Origin: a bacterium
GTDB lineage: Bacteria; UBA8248; JACPRG01; G963555815
Assembly: GCA_963555815.3 (NCBI GenBank)
Contig: CAUVWX020000002.1
Coordinates: 1 to 64,000 of the forward strand
Reading direction: 5' to 3'
Length of the DNA stretch: 64,000 nucleotides
Below the pieces are notes generated by a model. That model saw only the letters and a list, made by a program, of their open reading frames with translations, was not told where the DNA came from and made no database searches. Position numbers and translations under genes: made by a program. Position 1 is the stretch's first letter; each line of letters begins with the position of its first letter. Below, one piece after another: positions 40,895 to 50,511 of the stretch.

Positions 40895-41803
40895 TCAGGG
40901 AATCTCGAAGTGAGAAAGGAGCTTGAATGCCTTGACCCTCTCTTCGATCTCAGGGTGAGTGAGGGTTTTCAGGCGGTCCACGCTGAAGGCTTCCACGTTG
41001 AAGGAGGCCATGGCGCTCCCGTAGATGATGGCCTGGCGCAAGGTCAGGGGGCTAAGGTCCGCGGCCTTTGTGAGATAGCCCATAAAACCTCCGGCAAAGG
41101 TGTCGCCGGCGCCGGTGGGGTCGCGGATGTCTTCGAGGGGGTATCCGGGGGCGGAGAAGACAGTCTCGTGGTCGAAGGAGAGGGCCCCGTATTCCCCCCG
41201 CTTGACGATCAGGGTCTTTGGACCCATGGCGAGGATGGCGCGGGCCGCCCGGGCGATATTGGGTTCCTGGGCCAGTTCGCGGGCTTCCGCGTCATTGATG
41301 ATGAGGATATCGACCCGCTTCAAGGTTTCCTTTAAGGCTTCGAGCTTCCCTTCGATCCAGTAGTTCATTGTGTCGCAGGCCACGAGATCCGCAGACTCGA
41401 CCTGATCCAGGACGCTCAGCTGCAGTTCCGGGTCGATATTGGCCAGGAAGAGGTGACGACAATGCTGATAGGCTGTCGGGATCCGGGGCCTAAAATCTTT
41501 GAAGACATTGAGGCGGGTCTCGTGGGTGATGGCCTCGTTGAGGTTGTAGGTGTACTCCCCCTTCCAACGAAAGGTTTCCCCCTCAGCCTTCTCCAGGCCT
41601 GTGAGATCGACCCCTCGTCCCCGAAGGAGGGAGAGATGTCCCTTTGGAAAGTCCACGCCGACGGCGCCGACGAGATGCACCTGGGTGAAGAAGCTGGCGG
41701 CCACCGAGAAATAGACGGCCGATCCCCCCAGGACCTCCTCGGCCTCGCCAAAGGGGGTCTTGACCGAATCGAGAGCTACCGAACCCACGACCAAGAGACT
41801 CAC
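40895..41803 (-). CDS. PfkB-family sugar/nucleoside kinase
   Basis: VVGSVALDS, GGSA, DPTGAGDTFAGG. Confidence 0.9.
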   Translation of the reverse strand: MSLLVVGSVALDSVKTPFGEAEEVLGGSAVYFSVAASFFTQVHLVGAVGVDFPKGHLSLLRGRGVDLTGLEKAEGETFRWKGEYTYNLNEAITHETRLNVFKDFRPRIPTAYQHCRHLFLANIDPELQLSVLDQVESADLVACDTMNYWIEGKLEALKETLKRVDILIINDAEARELAQEPNIARAARAILAMGPKTLIVKRGEYGALSFDHETVFSAPGYPLEDIRDPTGAGDTFAGGFMGYLTKAADLSPLTLRQAIIYGSAMASFNVEAFSVDRLKTLTHPEIEERVKAFKLLSHFEIP

Positions 41804-42067
41804 CTCTCACCGTCCTCCCCAACTTTTCGGGTTATGGAGACTCTCCCCTTTTTTTGCCGGTGTTACGCCCGCATGGTCTTTCGCATTTCGCCTGAGGCCC
41901 GGTTCACCATAGAAACACCCCTTGCCCAGGCGTAGGGTTTCCAAGGGTTCACAATAATCTTCGAGTTGCTCTGAGTCTCGCGGGAGATCTTGAGGCAAAG
42001 GTCGAGTCCACAGGCTCCCCGAGGGCCGTCCCGAAGGTTCTCCGCTTTGGCTGAAGAGAAAGCCCTT

Positions 42068-42346
42068 TCACTCGAGGGCATCGATCTCCTTGGCAAGCTT
42101 GAAATCCCGTTCCGTCAATCCCCCTGAGTCGTGGGTCGTCAAGAGAAGGTGCACCCGTCGGTAATTGATGGTGATGTCCGGGTGGTGGTTGGCGGTCTCG
42201 GCAAGTGCAGCCACCTTATTCACAAAGGCTATGGCCGGCATAAAAGATTCGTGTTCAAAAGTTTTGATGATGGTATCCTCCTCCCGTTTCCACCCACTCA
42301 GGGTCTGCAGCCCTTTAGCGATCTCGGCTTCCGTCAGTTTAGCCAT
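42068..42346 (-). CDS. phhB: Pterin-4-alpha-carbinolamine dehydratase
   Basis: AETANHHPDI, LTTHDSGGLTERD. Confidence 0.9.
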   Translation of the reverse strand: MAKLTEAEIAKGLQTLSGWKREEDTIIKTFEHESFMPAIAFVNKVAALAETANHHPDITINYRRVHLLLTTHDSGGLTERDFKLAKEIDALE

Positions 42347-42417
42347 GTACCGATCCTCCCCCTTTTCCTTTTAACGCATCTTTGTGGTCTGGGTCAACGC
42401 CTCCTGTCCCACCTCCG

Positions 42418-43620
42418 CTATGTGAGCGAGGTGCACAATTCGGCGAGGTCGAAGCCCTCGAGCTGCTCGCAGACTGTCCGATTGAACTTCCCTGCCACCC
42501 ACCCATCCACCAGCCGGTGGTCCACCGTGAGGGAAAGCCCCATCCGGTCCCGAACCGCCGTTGATCCATCCGGGAGGGCCACCACCTCCTTTTGAATTGC
42601 CCCCGCGCCCAGGATGGCCGCCTCAGGGGGGTTAATCAGGGGGGTGCCAAAGAGGCTCCCTGTGGCGCCCACATTGGTCAGGGTGAAGGTCCCCCCGGCC
42701 GCCTCCTCGGGACGGAGATTCCCTTGATGAGCCCGGTCCGAAAGGGTCTGGATGGCCTTGGCGAGATCGACAAAGCTGAGCCCTTGGGCATCCCGGACGA
42801 CGGGGACGATCAGGCCCTCCGCCAGCGCCACCGCGATCCCGAGGTGAACCGCCTTGAAGTGGAAGATGGCCTCTTCGCCCCAACGGCTATTCAGGACTCG
42901 AAACTCCGGCTTTGAGAGGGCCATGAGGGTGGCCCGGGCGATGAACGGCGTGTAGGTTAGGCGCACCCCTGTCCGGGCAAAAAAATTCTCGCTGTTCTCT
43001 CGTCTCCACGCAACGATGGTGGACAGGTCAGCCACATCGAGGGTGGTGAACTGAGGGGTGGTCCTGGCGCTCTCAATCATCCGCTCCGCAATCCGCCGGC
43101 GCATTCGGCTCAAGGGGATTCGGTCGGCCTCTTCGGGAGAGGGCTCTGCCCTCCCAGTAGGCCTCCCCTTTAGATATTTTTGTAGGTCCTCTTCTGTGAC
43201 GCGTCCCCCACGCCCCGTCCCCGAGAGTTTTGAGAGCTCCTCAAGTCCTACACCGGACTCGGCGGCGAGGCGCTTCACCCTCGGAGAGAGAAAACCCCGC
43301 CTCTCACCGGCTTCTTTCTGAGGGGCTTTCTCAGCCGGTGGAGCGACTGGGGCCACTTCCTCCTCGGGCGAGATGACCTCCTCCGTCTCGATAAGGGCGA
43401 GGGCCTCCCCCACTGGGACGGTCTTTTCGGCTGCCACCAGGATCTTGGCGAGACGACCCTCGTAAGGGCTCTCCACCTCGAACTCCACCTTTGCGCTTTC
43501 GGCGGCCAGGAGGGGCTCACCTTTTTGAAGTTCGTCCCCCTCCTGCTTCAGCCATTGGGTGACAGTGCCCTCGTGGACGCTTGTCCCCATCCGGGGCATT
43601 AAGATTTGGGCGGTTGCCAT
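42418..43620 (-). CDS. 2-oxoacid dehydrogenase E2 (dihydrolipoamide acyltransferase)
   Basis: One lipoyl domain, E3-binding SPRVKRLA...GTGRGGRVT, catalytic DHRLVDG. Confidence 0.92.
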   Translation of the reverse strand: MATAQILMPRMGTSVHEGTVTQWLKQEGDELQKGEPLLAAESAKVEFEVESPYEGRLAKILVAAEKTVPVGEALALIETEEVISPEEEVAPVAPPAEKAPQKEAGERRGFLSPRVKRLAAESGVGLEELSKLSGTGRGGRVTEEDLQKYLKGRPTGRAEPSPEEADRIPLSRMRRRIAERMIESARTTPQFTTLDVADLSTIVAWRRENSENFFARTGVRLTYTPFIARATLMALSKPEFRVLNSRWGEEAIFHFKAVHLGIAVALAEGLIVPVVRDAQGLSFVDLAKAIQTLSDRAHQGNLRPEEAAGGTFTLTNVGATGSLFGTPLINPPEAAILGAGAIQKEVVALPDGSTAVRDRMGLSLTVDHRLVDGWVAGKFNRTVCEQLEGFDLAELCTSLT

Positions 43621-43632
43621 GGACACAATTTC

Positions 43633-44631
43633 TCAATAGGCCGAAAGCTTTCGAAGGGCCTCAACGATCTTCTGCGTGTTCGGCAAGAAATACTCTTCCA
43701 GAGGAGGGCTGTAGGGGATCGGGGTGTCCAGGGCGCCGACCCTGTGAATGGGTGCATCTAGGGATTCAAAGGCCTCTTCGGCGATGAGGGCGGCCCATTC
43801 GGCTCCCACCCCTCCGGTCTTGTGGTCCTCGTGCACAATGAGGACCCTTCCTGTCTTTTTGACGGAGGAGAGGATGAGCTCCCGGTCGAAGGGGAGGATC
43901 GAGCGAAGGTCCACCACCTCGACCTCAATCCCCTCGTCCGACAAGGTCTCGGCCGCCTGAAGGGCGTCGTAGAGGGTTGTCCCGTGGGTGATGATCGTGA
44001 GATGCTTCCCCTCCCGGATGATCCGGCCCTTCCCGATGGGGACCGTCCAGTCCCCCTCTGGAACCTCGGGGCGGAGGACTTCTGGGATCTGAGAGAGCGG
44101 GAGGTTGTAGAGCCTTTTGTATTCGAGGAAAAGGACGGGGTTGTTGTCCCGAATCGCGGCCTTGAGGAGGCCTTTGGCGTCGTAGGGGGTGGCGGGCGCC
44201 ACCACCTTGAGGCCGGGTGTGTGGTAGAACCAGGCCTCCGGGTTGTGGGAGTGATAAGGCCCTGCGCTCTTCAGTGCCCCCGCAGGCAGCCGGATCGTGA
44301 TGGGGACCGGACCTGCCCCCCGGAAGTGAGCCCCGGCGGCATAGTCGACGAGCATCTTGAAAGTCTCGGTAATAAAATCGGCAAATTGCATCTCCACTAC
44401 GGCACGAAGGCCCTTGTGAGCCGCCCCCACTGCCGCCCCAACGAATCCGCTCTCGGCAAGAGGGGCGTCCACCACCCGCATGGCCCCAAAGGCATCGAGG
44501 AACCCCTTCGTCACGCCGAAGGCCCCGCCCCCGAGACCGATGTCCTCCCCGATGAGGTAGACCTCGGGGTCTCTTTTCATCTCCTCCCAAAGGGCTGTTG
44601 TGATGGCCTGCCGGTAGGTGAGCTGTGCCAT
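43633..44631 (-). CDS. 2-oxoacid dehydrogenase E1 beta
   Basis: GEDIG, DAPLAESG, EMQFADF, DAKGLLKAAIRDNNPV, VVDLRS. Confidence 0.93.
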   Translation of the reverse strand: MAQLTYRQAITTALWEEMKRDPEVYLIGEDIGLGGGAFGVTKGFLDAFGAMRVVDAPLAESGFVGAAVGAAHKGLRAVVEMQFADFITETFKMLVDYAAGAHFRGAGPVPITIRLPAGALKSAGPYHSHNPEAWFYHTPGLKVVAPATPYDAKGLLKAAIRDNNPVLFLEYKRLYNLPLSQIPEVLRPEVPEGDWTVPIGKGRIIREGKHLTIITHGTTLYDALQAAETLSDEGIEVEVVDLRSILPFDRELILSSVKKTGRVLIVHEDHKTGGVGAEWAALIAEEAFESLDAPIHRVGALDTPIPYSPPLEEYFLPNTQKIVEALRKLSAY

Positions 44632-44683
44632 ATTCCTTTAGTCACAAGCCCTGGATGGAGCCGGATGCCCGTCTAAAATCCGC

Positions 44684-45781
44684 TTAAGTGGCATAGACGT
44701 CTTCCAGGATGTCCGGCCCTTGGGGAAAGGGGCTTTTTTTGGCGAAGGCCACGGCCTCGGCGAGTTCCCGGTCGATCCGGGCGTGAAGATGAGAAATTTG
44801 TTCCTCTGTGATCTTCTCTTTTTTGAGTCTCGCCTCGAAAAGTCGCACCGGGTCGATGGCATCCCAGGCCGAAATCTCTTCCTTTGGAACATAGTCCTGG
44901 TAGGCGTCGTAGATAGAGTGTCCGCAGGCCCGGGGGTTGACCGACTCGATGAGAATAGGCCCTTCCCCCAAGCGGGCCCGCGAAAGTGCCTCTCTTGTGA
45001 TCTCATAGACTCCGAGGACATCTGTCCCGTCGATGAGGTAGCCCGGGGTGCCATAGCCGATGGCACGGAGGGCGAGATTCTTGCAGGCGTACTGCAGACG
45101 TATGGGTGTTTTATAGGCCCAAAAATTGTTCTCCAAAATGAGGACCAACGGGAGTTTGTGAACCGCGGCGAAATTGAACCCCTCGTGAAAGTCCCCTGTG
45201 GAGCTCGCCCCATCCCCGCTCATGGCGAGGACAGCGCTCCCATCCCCTCGGTATTTGGCCGCAAAGGCCGCCCCCGCCGCGACCGGGATCATGGTCCCGA
45301 TGTGACTGATGAGCTGAAAGATATTAAGGGAGCGGTCAGCATAGTGGATCTCTCGGCCCCGGTTGATCCCACCCTCCCGGCCCAGATACTGGGCCATGAG
45401 GGGTTTGAGAGCCTGGCCTCGGACAAGGTGGGACGGGAGATTCCGGTGCATCGGCACCAACGTGTCCTCGGGTCGAAGGGCATAGCTGCTTCCCACGGAG
45501 AGGGCCTCGTTCCCCCGACCAAAGAAAGCGGTCCCCGGGATGAGACCCTGACGAAAGAGCTCCCCTATCCGTTCCTCAAAGGCGCGGCCAAGGGCCATGA
45601 AATAGTAGAGTTGGCGAAAATCATTTTCGGCGAGATCGAGGGTCTGGGGGGATTTTGGGCGCCAAGCGATGCGAAGGCCGTTGATCGTCAGGTGGCGGTC
45701 TCGAAGGTCCCTAAAATAGTCGAGATGGTCTAGCTCTGCCTCGTTGACCGGGGTTTCCGATGGGGCCACCGCCCGTTCCAT
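44684..45781 (-). CDS. 2-oxoacid dehydrogenase E1 alpha (TPP-dependent)
   Basis: TPP motif GDGASS...ENN, RxxGHS; ATG 45781 with AAGGAA SD. Confidence 0.9.
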   Translation of the reverse strand: MERAVAPSETPVNEAELDHLDYFRDLRDRHLTINGLRIAWRPKSPQTLDLAENDFRQLYYFMALGRAFEERIGELFRQGLIPGTAFFGRGNEALSVGSSYALRPEDTLVPMHRNLPSHLVRGQALKPLMAQYLGREGGINRGREIHYADRSLNIFQLISHIGTMIPVAAGAAFAAKYRGDGSAVLAMSGDGASSTGDFHEGFNFAAVHKLPLVLILENNFWAYKTPIRLQYACKNLALRAIGYGTPGYLIDGTDVLGVYEITREALSRARLGEGPILIESVNPRACGHSIYDAYQDYVPKEEISAWDAIDPVRLFEARLKKEKITEEQISHLHARIDRELAEAVAFAKKSPFPQGPDILEDVYAT

Positions 45782-45858
45782 CAAGAGATTCCTTTTCGAT
45801 GCAGAGAATCCCCGTCTCAGCGCGTCATCAAAGGAACACTCGCCTGCCAAGTCCATTC

Positions 45859-45946
45859 ATCCTACCCCAAAGGGGGACCCACTTCAAACGACCACGGAGA
45901 TGGGGATTTGGGCGGGGTTGGCGATTGGAACGGTCTGGGATAGAAT
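45859..45946. promoter_or_regulatory. Back-to-back sigma70 promoters (E1 operon and chdC-like gene)
   Basis: Minus: TTGAAG (45887-45882), 17 bp, TAGGAT (45864-45859). Plus: TTGGCG (45918-45923), 17 bp, TAGAAT (45941-45946). Confidence 0.6.
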
Positions 45947-45973
45947 GAAAAAAATTCAAGAGGATGGGCACAG

Positions 45974-46759
45974 GTGTTCGGAAAGAAACCCCGGTCTCCT
46001 TCGCAATCAGGAGCGACAAGAATGAAAGCTCAGGAAGTTGGTTTGAGAGCACGGCCTAAACCGGCCCAGGGCAAGAAGGGTCGTCGCCAGGTCATAACTT
46101 TCACCTTTTACCAGGTCGATCCGGCCTGGCGGCGTCTAGAGGAAAAAGAACGTGAGCGGGGAAAGGAGGAGCTCATTCAGATCCTCCGGGAATACGCGAA
46201 GGGTCTCATCATTCGGAGCTACTCCCTGGTCGGGCTGAGGGCCAACTGTGACTTTCTGCTCTGGCGGATCGGGGAGGATCTGGAAACCTTGCAGGAGATG
46301 AGTGCCAAACTTCTCAAGACGGGGCTTGGGAAGTACCTCACCGTTGCCTACTCCTATCTAGCCATGTCCAAGGTCTCACAGTACGAGGACAAGATGAACC
46401 CTGAACACAGCAAAGAACGGGAGCGGCTCACACCCTCAGGTGCGCGCTATATCTTCGTTTATCCCTTTGTGAAGCAGCGAGCGTGGTATGCGCTGCCGTA
46501 CAAAGAGCGCCAGCGGATTATGGACGAGCATATCGCGGTCGGCAGCCGCTTTCCCTCCGTCAAGCTCAGCACCAGCTATTCCTTTGGTCTGGACGACCAG
46601 GAGTTTATGTTGGCTTTTGAGAGTGACCATCCCGGGGACTTCCTGGACCTGGTGATGGAGCTTCGTGGAAGCGAGTCCAGCCGCTTCACGGAACAGGACA
46701 CCCCCATCTTCACTGGAATCGCCCGAAGCTTCGAAGAGACCTTGGACCTGCTGGGATAG
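45974..46759 (+). CDS. Chlorite dismutase-family protein, probable coproheme decarboxylase (ChdC/HemQ)
   Basis: YPFVKQRAWYALPYKERQRIMDEH, SFGLDDQEF; alternative start ATG 46022. Confidence 0.82.
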   Translation: MFGKKPRSPSQSGATRMKAQEVGLRARPKPAQGKKGRRQVITFTFYQVDPAWRRLEEKERERGKEELIQILREYAKGLIIRSYSLVGLRANCDFLLWRIGEDLETLQEMSAKLLKTGLGKYLTVAYSYLAMSKVSQYEDKMNPEHSKERERLTPSGARYIFVYPFVKQRAWYALPYKERQRIMDEHIAVGSRFPSVKLSTSYSFGLDDQEFMLAFESDHPGDFLDLVMELRGSESSRFTEQDTPIFTGIARSFEETLDLLG

Positions 46760-46774
46760 GCGAGAAAAGAGGGC

Positions 46775-47851
46775 TCAGGATTTTTTAGATGGCCCTTCTG
46801 CGATAGCCCGCCGGATAGTTGCCACCAGACCCTCAAAATCCTCATCGGGGCCCTCCATGGCCTCGGCGACCACTCGGACGGCCCCTGGCCCAGACTCCCC
46901 CAACCCCACCTCAACGGCGCGGCGGATCTGCCGCTGAGCCCACACAGAGGTGTCTCCCACCCTTCGCCACCTGGCGAAGTGTTTGATGAGGCCGAGCCCC
47001 GCGACATCCAGGGCCACGAGGTTCCCGCTCGCCATGACGAGCCGGGTGGGCACCGCCTCTCCACTCCAGGGGCCTCCCGCGATCATGCTCTGGGTCCCAT
47101 CCGCAACGATCAGATGGGGCTGGGCGGCGAGGTTCACCTCGGCGATGATCTCCTCCCACTGGGGGGAGCCATAAAGAGAGGGGCGGTTTCGGGGGTGGAC
47201 CAGTCCGATGGTGTTCTTGAGGGAGATGCTGTAGGTGGCCGAGCGGTGGGTCTTGATGACGGGAACGCTCACCAGCCGTTCCGCCTCCAGGGCCACCCGG
47301 GCGAAGAAAAAGCTCTTGGCGAACTGGGCCTCCTTCGGGCTGACCTTCACCCAAGGGCCGTCGTCGAAGTCGATTACCTCGGCTCCCGCCTCTTCTGCCG
47401 CCTGCCGAATGCCGGTCGCCTCGATATTCTTCCGCGTTGGAAGCGTGAGAAAGGCCGACATGTCACCCACCTGGACCTTCCTTGCCCCCGCCTCGAGGAG
47501 CATCGTGACCACTGCGGCGACCACCGCCGGGCTCGTCGTGGAGGGGGGCGGCTGGGACGCCACGACGTTCGGCTTGACGAGGACCTGGCGGCCCCTCACG
47601 TCCAGGCGCTCGATCCCGCCCAGGAGGTCCACCGCCCGTCTGACCATGGCCTCGGGGTCATTGCCCCGGACGATGGAGACGGGGTTCTCTCCAGCCCGGC
47701 CAAAAAGGGTGGGGGAGGGGGCCCGGGGGGCGACTTCCTCCCCCTTTGGGCTGAAGAGGAGCTGTCGCAGGATCGCCCGAGGCCGTGGGAGAAAGAGGGC
47801 CCCGAGGGCAAGTAGGGCGAGATAGAGCCAGGCGCGCCGGCTAAATTTCAA
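46775..47851 (-). CDS. DUF362 domain protein with Tat-like N-terminus
   Basis: SRRAWL plus hydrophobic stretch; VLVKPNV, PVIKTH, SLKNTIG. Confidence 0.82.
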   Translation of the reverse strand: MKFSRRAWLYLALLALGALFLPRPRAILRQLLFSPKGEEVAPRAPSPTLFGRAGENPVSIVRGNDPEAMVRRAVDLLGGIERLDVRGRQVLVKPNVVASQPPPSTTSPAVVAAVVTMLLEAGARKVQVGDMSAFLTLPTRKNIEATGIRQAAEEAGAEVIDFDDGPWVKVSPKEAQFAKSFFFARVALEAERLVSVPVIKTHRSATYSISLKNTIGLVHPRNRPSLYGSPQWEEIIAEVNLAAQPHLIVADGTQSMIAGGPWSGEAVPTRLVMASGNLVALDVAGLGLIKHFARWRRVGDTSVWAQRQIRRAVEVGLGESGPGAVRVVAEAMEGPDEDFEGLVATIRRAIAEGPSKKS

Positions 47852-47946
47852 GACGCATTTCCTAAATGAGGCAATCAGGATTTTAGTTTTTAAAGAGAAG
47901 TGATTTTGACTGTAGAAAAGGGATTTGGCAAGCGTGAGATGAATGG

Positions 47947-48038
47947 GGGGCCGGTGAGGGCGATATCAAAGACGTGGGGCCTCTCTTCGCTCGGACGGTC
48001 AGTCGGCGAAGAGAGGCCCCCACTCCTCACGAGGCCCC
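47947..48038. other. Long GC-rich stem-loop downstream of ftsZ
   Basis: Perfect 15-bp stem GGGGCCTCTCTTCGC (47976-47990) / GCGAAGAGAGGCCCC (48006-48020) with outer pairings. Confidence 0.7.
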
Positions 48039-48066
48039 TGTCAAATGGCGGGGCTAGATCTCTTTT

Positions 48067-49203
48067 TTAGTCTGGCTTCTTCCGCAAAAAGGTCGGTATG
48101 TCGAGCTCGTCCTCCTCGTAGGGTTGGTAGGCGAGAGCGCCGCTCGTCGGCAGGCTAACCCGGGAGGGGAGTCCCCTTCGGACATGGGTTGGGATGTCGA
48201 GGTTCTCGCGGGAGACTGACCGAAGGTGCCGCTCGCCCCTCACCTCGTCTCCAAATCCGGTGGCGATGACGGTGACCCGGATATTCTCCTTCATCTCTTC
48301 TTCGATGACGGCCCCGAAGATGATGTGGGCGTCGTCGTGGGACGCCTCCTGAACGAGGGTCGCCGCCTCGTTGGTCTCGTATAGCGTGAGGTCAGGGCCG
48401 CCGGTGACGTTGATGAGGATCCCCTGTGCTCCCTGGATGGAGGACTCCTCCAAGAGGGGGCTGGAGATGGCCCGCTGGGCTGCCTCCACCGCCCGATTTT
48501 CGCCTGATGCCGTCCCCGTCCCCATGAGGGCCATGCCCATGTCGACCATGATGGTTTTAACATCTGCGAAGTCCAGGTTAATGAGCCCCGGGACGGTGAC
48601 GAGGTCAGAGATCCCCTGGACGGCCTGGCGAAGGACGTCATTTGCGACGCGGAAGGCTTCGGTCAGGGTCGTGTTGCGCGCGATGACGTTCAGAAGCCGC
48701 TGGTTTGGGACGGTGATGACGGTGTCGCAGGCTTCCTTGAGTTCCTTGAGCCCTGCGTCAGCCTGCGAAAGGCGCTTTTTCCCCTCAAAGAGGAAAGGTT
48801 TCGTCACCACGGCGACAGTGAGGGCTCCACGGTCTTTCGCAATTTCGGCGATGACAGGGGCCGCCCCGGTCCCTGTCCCTCCCCCCATACCGGCCGTCAA
48901 GAAGACCATGTCGCTCCCCGCCAGCATGTCCGAGACGCGCTCTGCGTCCTCTAGAGCGGCCTTTCGCCCGAGCTCGGGGTTGGCCCCAGTCCCGAGTCCC
49001 ATGGTGGACTGGGTTCCCAACTGGAGCTTCGTGGGAGCAGGTGAGCTGTGGAGGGCCTGGAGATCTGTATTGGCGGCGATGAAATCCACGCCCTGCACCC
49101 CGAAGGCGATCATAGCGCTAACGGCGTTCCCACCCGCGCCACCGATGCCGATGACCTTCAGCTTTGCCCCGATATGGAGATCTTCTCCCAGTTCAAAGAG
49201 CAT
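48067..49203 (-). CDS. ftsZ: Cell division protein FtsZ
   Basis: [18 protein letters not shown]-terminal LDIPTFLRK. Confidence 0.98.
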   Translation of the reverse strand: MLFELGEDLHIGAKLKVIGIGGAGGNAVSAMIAFGVQGVDFIAANTDLQALHSSPAPTKLQLGTQSTMGLGTGANPELGRKAALEDAERVSDMLAGSDMVFLTAGMGGGTGTGAAPVIAEIAKDRGALTVAVVTKPFLFEGKKRLSQADAGLKELKEACDTVITVPNQRLLNVIARNTTLTEAFRVANDVLRQAVQGISDLVTVPGLINLDFADVKTIMVDMGMALMGTGTASGENRAVEAAQRAISSPLLEESSIQGAQGILINVTGGPDLTLYETNEAATLVQEASHDDAHIIFGAVIEEEMKENIRVTVIATGFGDEVRGERHLRSVSRENLDIPTHVRRGLPSRVSLPTSGALAYQPYEEDELDIPTFLRKKPD

Positions 49204-49247
49204 GTCGTCTCCCCCTTTGTGCGATATCCGACAGAAAGGTTCCTCCC

Positions 49248-50507
49248 CTATGTCCGAAACACCTGGTCAAACCGCCCCCGCTTGAAAGGTTTCCACCACC
49301 TCCGATAGAGGATCGACGGAAATCGGCTTCCCTCTCCATTGAGGCGCCACTGACGTCCTTTGAGTCTTTCCGACTGGCCGTAAAGGAGTAGGCCTACGGC
49401 GGTGGAATGGACGGGGCTTCGGACGTGCTGGACCAGCCCTCCGCCCATCCCCATGGGGACTCCCAGGCGGATCGGGAGCCCAAGGATCTCTTCGGCGAAC
49501 TCCGTCATCCCTGCCATGAGGGTAGTCCCGCCGGTCAGAACGAGGCCCGAGGCGATGAGATCCTTATAGCCGTTCTTTTGAATTTCTTGGCGGACCACCT
49601 GCAAGATCTCCTCCAGTCGGAGTTCGATGATCTCGCAAAGGATCCGTCGGGAGAGGATGCGAGGCTCCCGGCCTCCGACACTCGGGACCTCAAGTGTTTC
49701 CTCCCGGTCCACCTGAGTCGAGCTGGCGCACCCAGATCGCCGCTTGATGCGCTCGGCTTCATGGGTGGGCGTGCGAAGTCCGATGGCGATGTCCCGGGTG
49801 ACATGGTCCCCCCCCAGGGGGATGACAGAGGTGTATCGGATGGCGGCATCGTAGAAGACGGCGATGTCAGTCGTCCCACCTCCGATATCCACCAAGGCCA
49901 CCCCGAGCTCTCGTTCATCGTCGGTGAGGCAGGAGAGGCTCGAGGCCAGCTGCTCCAGGACGAAATCCTTCACCTCTAGACCTGCTTGCTCCACGCTCCG
50001 GACGAGGTTTTGGGCGGCTGTCGCGGCCCCCGTCACGATGTGGACCTTTCCCTCCAGGCGGATGGCCGAGATCCCATGGGGGTCCCGGATCCCGTTCTGG
50101 TGGTCCACGACATATTCCTGAGGCAGGACATGAATCACCTCGTGGTCCTGGGGCACGTTGACGGCCCGGGCCGCTTCCAAGACCCGCGACACGTCATCAG
50201 AAGTCACCTGGCGGCCCTTGACGGCGACAATCCCATGGCTGTTAAAGCTCCGGATGTGGCTCCCCGCGATTCCAACGTGAACATCGTGGACCTTGACGTT
50301 TGCCATTCGTTCGGCCTCGTCTACCGCCGAGGCGATGGACTCGACCGTTTGCTCCATGTTGACGACAACGCCCCTTCGGAGTCCCCGCGAGGGGTGGGTC
50401 CCCACGCCGAGGATGTCCACCGTTCCCCCCTCGCCAGGGACCGCGATGAGGGCGCAGATCTTCGTTGTTCCCACGTCAAGGCCGACTATGTAGTCGCTCC
50501 GTTTCAC
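49248..50507 (-). CDS. ftsA: Cell division protein FtsA
   Basis: [26 protein letters not shown] 50507. Confidence 0.96.
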   Translation of the reverse strand: MKRSDYIVGLDVGTTKICALIAVPGEGGTVDILGVGTHPSRGLRRGVVVNMEQTVESIASAVDEAERMANVKVHDVHVGIAGSHIRSFNSHGIVAVKGRQVTSDDVSRVLEAARAVNVPQDHEVIHVLPQEYVVDHQNGIRDPHGISAIRLEGKVHIVTGAATAAQNLVRSVEQAGLEVKDFVLEQLASSLSCLTDDERELGVALVDIGGGTTDIAVFYDAAIRYTSVIPLGGDHVTRDIAIGLRTPTHEAERIKRRSGCASSTQVDREETLEVPSVGGREPRILSRRILCEIIELRLEEILQVVRQEIQKNGYKDLIASGLVLTGGTTLMAGMTEFAEEILGLPIRLGVPMGMGGGLVQHVRSPVHSTAVGLLLYGQSERLKGRQWRLNGEGSRFPSILYRRWWKPFKRGRFDQVFRT

Positions 50508-50511
50508 GTCC

